Shown: positions 24,492 to 33,314, numbered from the stretch's first letter. The stretch is 64,000 bases of DNA from Hyalangium minutum (GCF_000737315.1 NZ_JMCB01000031.1:20808-84807); one strand, 5' to 3'. Program-made: numbers and translations. The notes: generated by a model from the letters alone, not told the origin.

Positions 24492-25490
24492 TCAGGCGAA
24501 GTGCCAGCGCCAGGAGGTGACCTCCTCCAGCTCAGGCATCTCCAGCTCGAAGTGAAGCACCTGGCTGCGGGTGAAGACGCGGGAGTCGACGCGGAGCAGC
24601 AACATCGGTGTGGGGTTCTGCGGCCGCTGGGGCGAGGCAGCGAAGGAGGTGTCCTCATCGAAGGCTGCCCGGTAGAAGACACAGAAGCCATCCAGCCGCC
24701 CCTCGTGCTGAATGGGACGGGTGACGTGGAAGTGGCGAGTCAGGTCTCCGGGCCGCACGGTCTCCAAGTCGAAGACGAGCACGGGTGCGGGCTCGCACAG
24801 CAGGTGGGACACCTCGTAGGAGTGGATGAGCCGGGTGAAGTACGAGGGGCTCATGGCCTCGCGCAGGGTCTGAAGGCAACTGAAGTCCACGCTGGGCAGG
24901 CGCTGGCTCCAGATGAAGGGGAGGCAGGCCTCGTCGCGGAGCTGGACGGGCTCGATGAACAGCTCGAAGCGGTGGGGGAGGATTCGCCCACCGGGCCGGA
25001 GGAGCCGGGTCCGCAGCTCCACCAACTGGGACACCAGTCCCCGGTCGAACAGGGCGGGCCCCATCTGCTCGTGGAGCAGGACGTCCACCTTCTTGTCCGG
25101 AGGCATGAAGCGCTGGGGGTGCTCGCGCACGAAATCGATCTGCTCGGAGAGCCCGTGGCGGCGAGCCACCCAGCGGGCGGTGTCCAGGTGGCGCGAGGGG
25201 TCCACGGCATAGAGCTTCCGGGGCGAGCGGTGGGCGGCGAGGAGCGTCCGCAGGCCGGCACCGGTGCTCACATCCATGACGACCTGGCCGGGGCGCACGT
25301 AGCGGCCAATGGCCTGGCGGTAGGCCTCCACGCGCTCGGGGTCCGCGAGGGTGGGATCATGCGGAGCGGGACTCGACAACGTGAGGCTGTCGGGCAACAC
25401 ATGCCGCAGCGTGTTGACGAGGGGATGGTGTCGCAGCCGTGACTGCAGATCGAACAAGGCCTGCCGAGGCAGGTCGAAAAGGTTCAGCAT
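24492..25490 (-). CDS. Protein arginine methyltransferase (PRMT)-like SAM-binding protein, degenerate motifs
   Basis: RVEAYRQAI, VMDVSTGAG, KVDVLLHEQMG, LLRPGGRILP, LDGFCVFY beta-barrel. Confidence 0.8.
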   Translation of the reverse strand: MLNLFDLPRQALFDLQSRLRHHPLVNTLRHVLPDSLTLSSPAPHDPTLADPERVEAYRQAIGRYVRPGQVVMDVSTGAGLRTLLAAHRSPRKLYAVDPSRHLDTARWVARRHGLSEQIDFVREHPQRFMPPDKKVDVLLHEQMGPALFDRGLVSQLVELRTRLLRPGGRILPHRFELFIEPVQLRDEACLPFIWSQRLPSVDFSCLQTLREAMSPSYFTRLIHSYEVSHLLCEPAPVLVFDLETVRPGDLTRHFHVTRPIQHEGRLDGFCVFYRAAFDEDTSFAASPQRPQNPTPMLLLRVDSRVFTRSQVLHFELEMPELEEVTSWRWHFA

Positions 25491-25683
25491 GGAACGAAGC
25501 CCCCCGGGCGCGCAGCCCATACCCAGCCAGGGGAGCAACCGGTCACTCCCCTTCCCGGGATACGCCATGCTTGGCACGAACGCGCCTGGCGGCCATGGCC
25601 CTACGGGGCAGTCCGAACATCCAGCGGTGGACACTGCAGCCGCAGGCCACTCAGGTCATGTTCACACGAAAGGAATCCCTTCG

Positions 25684-26078
25684 ATGAGCGCCCGCCGTGG
25701 AACCGACGCCTTCAGCTTCCAAGTGATGGTTCTGCTGTGCGCCCTGTGGGGCCTTCAGCAGGTGGCCATCAAGCTGGCGGCCCACGACATGGCCCCCGTT
25801 CTCCAGGCCTCTCTGCGCTCGGGAATCGCGGCGCTGCTCGTGGGCCTCCTCATGGCATGGCGAGGAGGTTGGGAGGGCGTGCGCCAGAGCACCCTCCCGG
25901 GAGGGCTTCTGGCAGGCCTCCTCTTCGCCGCCGAGTTCCTCCTCATCGCCTCGACGAGCCCCTCACGCTGAACTTCGTCCTGGGAGCGGTGCTGGTGCTC
26001 GTGGGCATCGGGCTGGTCAGCGGAGAGGCCTGGCTGCGCCGCCTGCTGAGCCGGAACCCAAGCGCCTCGCCTCGGTAG
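25684..26078 (+). pseudogene. DMT/EamA transporter remnant with internal deletion and frameshift
   Basis: The N-terminal EamA part (LWGLQQVAIK...AEFLLIA) stops at 25971. A different frame continues with the typical last helix LDEPLTLNFVLGAVLVLVGIGLV. Confidence 0.8.
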
Positions 26079-26082
26079 GGAG

Positions 26083-27150
26083 TTACCCCGTCACCGGCAC
26101 GCGCACGAGCCGGAAGCCCACATTCGGTGAGCTCCCGCGCGTGTCAGCCGAGCGAAAGCTCACGCGCAGCACTTCCGCACAGTCCGCCCAGGAGCCGCCT
26201 CGCAGCACGTGCCCCCGATCGGGAATCTCTTCCCCCAGGACACAGAGCGGCGACTCCTCGGGACTGTCGAAGTAGAAGGACGCGTCGTAGTGGTCGGCGC
26301 ACCACTCCCACACACCGCCCGCCATCGAATAAAGGAAGTAATCGTTCGGCGGAAACACGCGCGAGGGGCGCAAGAAGAACGCGCCGAAGTGACCAAAGTC
26401 CGCGCGCATGACATCGGGTGGCGCGTCCCCCCAAGGGTACGAGGCACCCCGGAAACAGCCTCGGGCCGCGCGCTCCCACTCTGCCTCGGTCGGCAGCCGG
26501 TACTGCACCGCAGCCGTGCTCATGTGGCGTCCCACGAGCTCGGCCAGCTCCCAGCCCACTGCGACCATGGGCTTCTGATCGAAGCGAGCCGGCGAGTTGC
26601 TCGTGCGCTCCGGCGCCCCGAAGAGCTCCTGAGAAGTCATCACTTGGCCATCGCGCGTCCAGAGCCCCTCTGTGTCGTGGGCATGCCAATCCCTGGCGCG
26701 CACTGTTTCGTTCTCGCAGTACTGCAGCCGGATCTTCGAGTCGTTGCTGTACTCGAACCGGGCGCGACTGGGAGCAAACGCCTCGGAGATGAGCGCGAAC
26801 TGCGCATCCGTGGGGCGCCCATACGGGTCCGGCCAGCCGAGCACCCGCGCGAAGTCGTCCCAAGACAGGGGCGCCTCGCTCATCCAAAACCCGGGGAGCG
26901 TCACCCGGTGCGCGGGGCGCTCGTCGGGCTCCCCATTGGCATTCCCCATCACGAACGAGCCCGCCGGGATGTAGCGGAACACCAGCCCGTGCTCCTTCAC
27001 CGCGAGCCGGTCCAGGTCCTGCTGCAGGAGCGGCACCACGCGCTCTCGGTCCTTCCAGGCCACCGCATCCAGGGTCGCGGCCGCGCCCATGAAGTCTCCC
27101 CGAGAGCGCTGCTCCTCCGCTCGAGCGAGGGCTTCATCGATCACCGACAT
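26083..27150 (-). CDS. FGE-sulfatase (SUMF1) fold protein
   Basis: IPAGSFVMG, ERPAHRV, RLPTEAEWERAARG, YPWG, GGVWEWC, RGGSW, NVGFR. Confidence 0.9.
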   Translation of the reverse strand: MSVIDEALARAEEQRSRGDFMGAAATLDAVAWKDRERVVPLLQQDLDRLAVKEHGLVFRYIPAGSFVMGNANGEPDERPAHRVTLPGFWMSEAPLSWDDFARVLGWPDPYGRPTDAQFALISEAFAPSRARFEYSNDSKIRLQYCENETVRARDWHAHDTEGLWTRDGQVMTSQELFGAPERTSNSPARFDQKPMVAVGWELAELVGRHMSTAAVQYRLPTEAEWERAARGCFRGASYPWGDAPPDVMRADFGHFGAFFLRPSRVFPPNDYFLYSMAGGVWEWCADHYDASFYFDSPEESPLCVLGEEIPDRGHVLRGGSWADCAEVLRVSFRSADTRGSSPNVGFRLVRVPVTG

Positions 27151-28439
27151 GAACCCTCCCTCGGTGCATCGAGGACAGGCAGGCGCCAGCGCTCGGGGCG
27201 CTGCTCCCCACGGGACTGAGCCTGCCAAGGATCCTCCGCGTAGGCCGAGCCCGCGTAGAACTGCGCGCGCGCCCGGCAGCCTCCGGTGAAGCGGTCATCC
27301 TCGGCACCACCTCGCATGCGCCGGAAGGCGTGGCCCTCGCGCCAGATCTCCTCGAAGGGCCGCTGCCGAATGTTCCCGGACTCGAAGGCCTTGCCCAGGA
27401 AACTGCACGGGTTCACGTCTCCCTGCACCGAGATCGACGCCACCGTGTTCGCGGCGCCGCATCCCGCGCCATGGTTCACCACGCCCCGCAGCTCCTCCCG
27501 CGCCGAGGGGCTGAAGGGGTCCAGGGCAAAGAGATCATTGTCGGCCTCGACCCGCTCCAAGCGGGCGAGTGCATCCACGTAGCCCTCGAAGGAGGGCATC
27601 AGCTCCGGCGTGCGTGCCGCGATCCCCACCGGATACAGCGGCCGGAACACGGCGGTGTGCGCGCCTACCCGCTGGGCGAGCGCGACACAGTCCTCCACTT
27701 CCGCGAGGTTGTTCTGGGTGAGCGTGAAGGCCAGCGTGAAGCGCGCGTGGCGGCCCAGCAGCTCGAGCTTGTCGAGCACCCGGTCGAACACGCCCTGGCC
27801 TCGGACGGCATCGTTCGACTCGGCGCGAGCGCCTTCGAGCGAGACGTTCAGCCACACCAGCTCGCGCCGCCCGAGCTCCCTCGCCATGCGCTCCGTGAGG
27901 AGGAGGGCGTTGGTCGTGAGGCAGGGGTGGAGCCCATGGCCCGTGGCCGAGTCGAGCACGTCCAGCAAGTCCCTGCGCATCAGGGGCTCGCCGCCCGTGA
28001 GCCCTAGCCGGAAGCTGCCAAGTCCCGCGAGCTGCGAGAAGAGTCCATCCATCTCCTGGAGCGTCAGCGGGTGGTGGTTGCGCGGCAGCTCCCCGGCGAA
28101 GCAGTGCGTGCAGGTGAGGTTGCACGCCCCGACGACTTCCAGGTGCACGGCGAGCGGGCCCAGCAAGTGGTCCGGAGGTGGCTCCCGATCGATGCGCGCA
28201 GCCGCCAGGCGCCCGTCCATGCGGAGGTAGCCCCGGGAGGCGAGGTCCACGGTCAACCCCTCGACAGCCTCCCGGTCTTCCGGGGCCGCGGCCTCGATGA
28301 CGTCCCCCGCCGGACGCTCGGTCATGTCTCGGAGCACGGCCGCCGCGGGCTTGTCGAAGGGCAGATACCGGGACGAGCGCCGATCGAAGAGGAGCGCCCC
28401 GAAGTGCTGCGGGATGAAGACGAGCGAGGGGCGGCTCAT
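27141..28439 (-). CDS. Radical SAM enzyme with an N-terminal RRE/MftB-like domain and a truncated SPASM (Twitch-like) domain
   Basis: CNLTCTHC, TGGEP, TTNA, SLEG; CGAA...GDVNPC...GGCRAR; N-terminal PQHFGALLFDRRS. Confidence 0.9.
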   Translation of the reverse strand: MSRPSLVFIPQHFGALLFDRRSSRYLPFDKPAAAVLRDMTERPAGDVIEAAAPEDREAVEGLTVDLASRGYLRMDGRLAAARIDREPPPDHLLGPLAVHLEVVGACNLTCTHCFAGELPRNHHPLTLQEMDGLFSQLAGLGSFRLGLTGGEPLMRRDLLDVLDSATGHGLHPCLTTNALLLTERMARELGRRELVWLNVSLEGARAESNDAVRGQGVFDRVLDKLELLGRHARFTLAFTLTQNNLAEVEDCVALAQRVGAHTAVFRPLYPVGIAARTPELMPSFEGYVDALARLERVEADNDLFALDPFSPSAREELRGVVNHGAGCGAANTVASISVQGDVNPCSFLGKAFESGNIRQRPFEEIWREGHAFRRMRGGAEDDRFTGGCRARAQFYAGSAYAEDPWQAQSRGEQRPERWRLPVLDAPREGSCR

Positions 28440-29032
28440 GAGAACCCCTCCATGTCCACGCGGAAGCGCCAGCGCACCCACGCTCGCGCCGCCTTGACGG
28501 GCAGCCCCAGCCCCTTCGCGTCGCGCTGCAGGTGCTGCCACCTCCAGCGCTCGTTGCCATGGGGATCGGGAACCGGCTTCTCCACGAGGGGCACGAAGTC
28601 CGGGCTGTCGAACGTGGGGAGCTGCCACCCCTCGGGCGGCTCGCGCGTCGCCGCATGCCACTGGCCATCCGCCTGGGACCTGGCCTGCCCCCGCCGTGCC
28701 GTGGAGATGGCAGGCCGAAGGTATGCCGTCACGAGGAGAAAGCCCGCGTCCCCAGGGTTGTCCACGATGAACGAGAGCACATGCTCCCCGGGCTCCACCG
28801 TCATGCGCTGCTCGTCGAGGCGCTTCCCATCCAGGAAAGGCCCCTGGGAGGTTCCCGCCACGTACGAGGACACCGAGATGCCGATGGGAGCCCCCGGGCG
28901 CCGCCAGCGGAGGACCACGCCACCGCACCCGGCGGGCACCTCGCAGTGGCTGTGCACCTCGAGCGCGAGCCGGTTCGACATCTTCCGGTAGCGCTGGAGC
29001 TCGTTGAGACGCAGATCGTCACGGTCAGCCAT
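28436..29032 (-). CDS. Hypothetical protein with an HSHCEVPAGCGG motif
   Basis: 198 aa from ATG at 29032; its stop overlaps the rSAM start (ATGA). Confidence 0.75.
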   Translation of the reverse strand: MADRDDLRLNELQRYRKMSNRLALEVHSHCEVPAGCGGVVLRWRRPGAPIGISVSSYVAGTSQGPFLDGKRLDEQRMTVEPGEHVLSFIVDNPGDAGFLLVTAYLRPAISTARRGQARSQADGQWHAATREPPEGWQLPTFDSPDFVPLVEKPVPDPHGNERWRWQHLQRDAKGLGLPVKAARAWVRWRFRVDMEGFS

Positions 29033-29058
29033 GGCGCGGAGGCTAGTTCCTCGAGAGC

Positions 29059-29083
29059 CCGCCTGCCACACGAGGGCAGGCGG
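29059..29083 (-). terminator. Hairpin downstream of the QQGQ-repeat gene
   Basis: Perfect 9-bp stem CCGCCTGCC/GGCAGGCGG; no U-tract. Confidence 0.4.
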
Positions 29084-29119
29084 ACTGTGCCTCCGCCGCT
29101 GAGTGCCGTGAAGGACGGC

Positions 29120-29503
29120 CTACTTCTTATGCTCGATGGAGACGGCCTTGTTCTCCATCTTCTCGATGCCGAAGGAGGCACGCACCTCGGCACCCGGCTG
29201 GAACTCCTTCTTCAGGTGGGACTCGATGCGCTGGTCCTTTTTCAGCTCCTTGCCATCCACCATCGTCTGATGGCTCACCCGGAGCGGGATGATGGCTCCC
29301 TGCTCAGACTCGACCAGAAGATCGTCCGACTTCACCCCCACCACCCTGCCTGTCAGCTCCTTCTGACCCTGCTGCATCTGACCCTGCTGCATCTGGCCCT
29401 GCTGCGTCTGGCCGTGCATCTGGCCCTGCTGCGTCTTGTCCGCCGCGAACGCAGCCCCGCCCAGCATCAGCGCCGTCACAACCCCCAAAGCCTTCCAGTT
29501 CAT
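29120..29503 (-). CDS. Small secreted protein with QQGQ repeats
   Basis: Signal peptide ending AAFA; TQQGQMHGQTQQGQMQQGQMQQGQ followed by a small beta-domain. Confidence 0.8.
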   Translation of the reverse strand: MNWKALGVVTALMLGGAAFAADKTQQGQMHGQTQQGQMQQGQMQQGQKELTGRVVGVKSDDLLVESEQGAIIPLRVSHQTMVDGKELKKDQRIESHLKKEFQPGAEVRASFGIEKMENKAVSIEHKK

Positions 29504-29706
29504 CTGTTCCTCCCATGCAGTTGGGGCCAAACCAGCCCCGGGACCAACATGGGCTCCGGCCACTGTCATGGCTCGGCGGCTGCCCTCCTCACCAGAAAGG
29601 AGTGACCGCCCCCCGCTCCTCCTCCGCTTCCCCATCACTCCAGAGAAGCGATGGGCGCCTCGTCCGTCTCGGCCGCTGGGGAGGGGCAACCAAGAGCATG
29701 AGCCGC

Positions 29707-32700
29707 TCACCCCACCGGAGCGCTGCCGGGACGGAGCCGGGCCGCGAAGGCCTGGAGCCGCTCCCGGGCCCGCTCTAGCTTGTCGCGAGGAATCGAGAAC
29801 ACCACGCGCACCCGCTCTGGATCCCCGCACCACGGGCCGCCGTTGAGCACCACGTGCGTGTGCGCGTACACCACGCGCGGGAGGTTCTCCACCGTGAGCC
29901 GCTCGCCGTCCACCTCTCTCCCCAGCCACGCGCTCACCTTGGGCGCGAGGAAGAGTCCTCCCGCCTCCGTCGTGTCCGAGCGCCCGTTCCCCGGCAGGGC
30001 CCCGGCAATCAGCGCCCGCTTCTCCGCCAGGTCCCGCCGCATCTTCACGAGGAACTCCTTCAGGGCCCGCTGGCGCGACGGGTACAGCAGCCTTCCTTCC
30101 GGGCTGCGCGCATACGCGGCATAGAGCCAGGCAGCCGCACGTGCCGTGGCCAAGGCCGGCGGCACCAGCCCGCTCTCGTTCAGGGCCGCCATGAGCCCCG
30201 CATCCCGCGTCGCCAGCCAGCCCAGGCGCAGGCCTCCCGCGGCGAACTCCTTGGAGAGCCCTCCCAGCACCACCGTGCGCGCTCCCACCCCGGGCACCAC
30301 CTGCTCCAGCGTCACCGGGCTGTGCACCGTCTCCGCCGTCGGGTTCGTCAGGTTCACCAGCCCGAAGATTTCGTCCGACACCAGCAGCGCGCGCTGCTCC
30401 ACCACCCACGTCGCCAGCGCCACCAGCTCCTCGTTCGAGAGGTAGGAGCCTTCCGGATTCGAGGGCTGAGAGATGACCGCCACATCCGGCCCTCCCGGCC
30501 CGCGCCGCTCCTGGAGCGCCGCCACCGGCCCCAGCTCCACCTCGCACCCGGCCGCCACCCACGTGGGCGGCAGCACCCCGTAGCAGGGCGTGGCGATGAA
30601 GACGCGCGGCGCCCGTCCCAGCCGCTGGCGCAGCGCCACCCCCAGGTGATGCATCAGCGGCCACACCCCCTGGCCCAGCGCGATGTGCTCCGGCGCGTAC
30701 CGCGTCGCGCGCGTCTCCCGCAGGAAGCCCACCACCGCCTCGGCCAGCCCATGCTGCGTACCCGCTTCGTGCGGCGCCAGGAGCGAGGCCACCACTCCCT
30801 CGATGAGCGGCTGGGGCATGGCTCCCTCGTTCTCGCCATAGTCCAGCCGGATCAGCTCTGGGTCTCCCTCCTGGAACACCTTGGGCGCGAACGCCGGGAA
30901 GCCCGCCAGCCGCTTGATGCGCTCCGAGCGCGGCAACGGCACCGCCGGGGCTCGAACCGCCGCGGGCCGCTCCGGCTCGGCGAACGAGATGCGGAACGCC
31001 AGCAGCTCCTCGAAGGTGCGCTCATAGAACCCCTGCGCCAGCGTGCCGATGCGCGAGTACGTCACCTCCGCCGCCACCTCGAGGTCTCCTCGCAGCGGCT
31101 CCGGCACCGGCAGCAGCAGCGTCAGCTCCAGGTCCGGCCACACCGCGTTCTTGATGAGCCCGTAGAGCACCACCAGGTTGGGAGGCAGTGGCTCGCGGGC
31201 CAGGAACTCGAAGAGCGTGAGCGGCTCCACCTCACTGGTGATGTGGAAGAAGGCGCTCTCGTCCAGCACGACCCAGATGCCCCGCCGCGCCGCCTCCGCG
31301 ACAATCTCCCGGAGCACCGCCAGGTTGGTGCGCTCGCCCCGCTCCACCGAGAGGAACACCACCTTCACGTCGAACGCCCCCAGCAACCGGCGGATCTCCG
31401 AGAGCGTGCTGTGTGTCACCGTCGTGCGCACCCGCGCCCGCTCCAGCGCCCGCGCGTACACCGGCAGCAACTGGCGCGACACCAGCACCCCATCGCCAGG
31501 GTCACACAGCGCCAGCAGCAGCGAGTAGACGGTCTGCTCGCGCTCGGGCGCGACGAAGAGCTCCTCCTCCCGCAGGCGCAAGTCGAAGAACCGCTCCAGG
31601 TAGCGGGCCACGAGCTGACGGAAGGGAGCATCCCCCGCCTCGTGCGTGTACGGCATCACCGGCGAGCGCGTGAGCCGCTCCGCCAGCGCTGCCACGAAGC
31701 CCAGCTGCTCCTGGGACACGGCCCCCAGGTCCAGCTCCTCCGCCAGCTTCGAGGCTCCCAGCGTCCGCAGCGCCGCGCGCAAGGCCAGCGTTTCCCGAGG
31801 CAGCGCCAACCTCGCCTCCCACACGGCCACCTCGTGCCAGATGGGGTGGCCCACCTGCAACCAGCCCAGGGCCGTGGCGGCTCGCAGGGGCTCGGCGCTG
31901 TGCGCCTCCATGAAGAACTCGAACTCGCGCTCTGTGCGCTGCTCCAGTGCCACCAGCGGCCGGATGTCCGTGTCCGCCGCCTGCATCACCCGCCGCGCCA
32001 CCCGCACCTGGGTGGCGAAGCCCCGCCGGGTGAACATGCGCTCGATGATGGGCCGCCCCGGCCGCCCCGCCAGGTTCAGCAGCAGCCGCCCGCTGGGCGC
32101 CAGGTACTCGGGCACCTCATCCAGGAGCTTCGCGATGAGCCCCAGCCCGAAGTGGTCCTCGTAGACGTTCTGCAGCACGGTGTAGTTGGACAAGTCATAC
32201 AGCTCCTGCGTGTCCGCCTCCGCCGGCGCCTCGGGCAGCCCCTCCGTGCGCAGCACCTGGGGGATGCAGCCCACCACGAAATCCCACGCCGCGCCCTCGG
32301 GCAGGCCGCGCAGCAGGTTGCTCTCTCCGAAGGACATCCGCGCCACCATCCGCGCGTCCCCGTTGAGCCACGCGTTGCAGGTGGCCACCCAGGGCGAGTG
32401 CGGGTTCAGGTCCGCGCCGTGGATGTGGGCCAGCCGCGTGAACTTCGCCAGCGCGATGCAGATCCACCCCGAGCCCGTCCCCACCTCCACCAGCCGCTTC
32501 CCGTCGTACTCGTCCAGCGGCACCTTCAACATGCCCTCGAGGAAGGTGTACGCCCAGTCCTCCGGGGCGAAGATGGACGGCAGCAACAACAGCTCCAGCC
32601 GCTCCTGCCTGGAGCCTACCGCCGCCATGACGGTGACGAGCCGCAGCGGAGCGCCCTCGGGTTGGCCTCGGCTCAGCTCGGCCAGTGCGCGCAGCTCGGC

Positions 32701-32796
32701 CAGCGCCGACGCACGCCGCTCTGGAACGGCCAGGGCCTCCGCAAGCTCACGGAGTTGGTGCACCGCGTCGCGAGCCGACTCGGGGTAGGTCGCCAT
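29707..32796 (-). CDS. Full-length plant-type methionine S-methyltransferase (methyltransferase plus PLP aminotransferase-like domains)
   Basis: LPSIFAPEDWAYTFLEG, EVGTGSGWICIALA, VGCIPQVL, EDHFGLGLIA, LLLNLAGRPG; C-terminal ISQPSNP, VSDEIF, LSKEF. Confidence 0.88.
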   Translation of the reverse strand: MATYPESARDAVHQLRELAEALAVPERRASALAELRALAELSRGQPEGAPLRLVTVMAAVGSRQERLELLLLPSIFAPEDWAYTFLEGMLKVPLDEYDGKRLVEVGTGSGWICIALAKFTRLAHIHGADLNPHSPWVATCNAWLNGDARMVARMSFGESNLLRGLPEGAAWDFVVGCIPQVLRTEGLPEAPAEADTQELYDLSNYTVLQNVYEDHFGLGLIAKLLDEVPEYLAPSGRLLLNLAGRPGRPIIERMFTRRGFATQVRVARRVMQAADTDIRPLVALEQRTEREFEFFMEAHSAEPLRAATALGWLQVGHPIWHEVAVWEARLALPRETLALRAALRTLGASKLAEELDLGAVSQEQLGFVAALAERLTRSPVMPYTHEAGDAPFRQLVARYLERFFDLRLREEELFVAPEREQTVYSLLLALCDPGDGVLVSRQLLPVYARALERARVRTTVTHSTLSEIRRLLGAFDVKVVFLSVERGERTNLAVLREIVAEAARRGIWVVLDESAFFHITSEVEPLTLFEFLAREPLPPNLVVLYGLIKNAVWPDLELTLLLPVPEPLRGDLEVAAEVTYSRIGTLAQGFYERTFEELLAFRISFAEPERPAAVRAPAVPLPRSERIKRLAGFPAFAPKVFQEGDPELIRLDYGENEGAMPQPLIEGVVASLLAPHEAGTQHGLAEAVVGFLRETRATRYAPEHIALGQGVWPLMHHLGVALRQRLGRAPRVFIATPCYGVLPPTWVAAGCEVELGPVAALQERRGPGGPDVAVISQPSNPEGSYLSNEELVALATWVVEQRALLVSDEIFGLVNLTNPTAETVHSPVTLEQVVPGVGARTVVLGGLSKEFAAGGLRLGWLATRDAGLMAALNESGLVPPALATARAAAWLYAAYARSPEGRLLYPSRQRALKEFLVKMRRDLAEKRALIAGALPGNGRSDTTEAGGLFLAPKVSAWLGREVDGERLTVENLPRVVYAHTHVVLNGGPWCGDPERVRVVFSIPRDKLERARERLQAFAARLRPGSAPVG

Positions 32797-32951
32797 ATGG
32801 GGCAAAAAATGTGTCACGCCCGCGAGGAGCGCACCACGTTCACGGCGTCCTCCGTCCAGCGCCGTACATCCCCGCGCCCGGCGGCACGAAGGTCACGGAG
32901 TCCTTGCCCGCTTCCGGGCAATCGTGGCAGGTGGAGTGCAGGAGGAGAACC

Positions 32952-33314
32952 ATGCCCACCCTGATTCCCGCCCCGACCCGCGTAGAGGCCGCGGGCAACA
33001 AGCCCAAGCTGATCGACGAGTACATCGGCCGGGTCAACTCGAAGACGAGCGAGCTGAGCGTGGCCCACATGCGCAGCCCCGGCGGCTGGGTCGAGCCCGG
33101 CCAGACGCCCGAGTTCCGGGAATTCACCGTGGTGCTCAAGGGCCAGCTGCGCGTGGAGCACAAGGGCGGCACGTTGGATGTCCACGCGGGGCAGGCAATC
33201 ATCACCGAGCCTGGCGAGTGGGTCCGCTACAGCACCCCCGAGGCGAACGGCGCCGAGTACATCGCCATCTGTCTGCCGGCCTTCTCCATGGACACCGTGC
33301 ACCGGGACCCCTAG
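32952..33314 (+). CDS. Cupin domain protein
   Basis: EPGQTPEFREFTVVLKG...PGEWVRYSTP; GGAGGA RBS. Confidence 0.88.
   Translation: MPTLIPAPTRVEAAGNKPKLIDEYIGRVNSKTSELSVAHMRSPGGWVEPGQTPEFREFTVVLKGQLRVEHKGGTLDVHAGQAIITEPGEWVRYSTPEANGAEYIAICLPAFSMDTVHRDP

Noticed and set aside
25572-25590. TGGCACG resembling a sigma54 -24 box
   Set aside because: No TTGC at -12 (reads CGCC).
29033-29119. Search for a short precursor ORF upstream of the rSAM operon
   Set aside because: No RBS-led small ORF with an MftA/PqqA-like core; only hairpins.
29504-30664. Long N-terminal extension of the 514-aa ORF (29120-30664)
   Set aside because: It overlaps the MMT 3' end in another frame; the real gene begins at ATG 29503 with an RBS and signal peptide.
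29854-32964. 1036-aa plus-strand ORF, the same length as the MMT ORF
   Set aside because: Antisense shadow of MMT; the equal length is coincidence and the sequence is motif-free R/Q/H-rich text.
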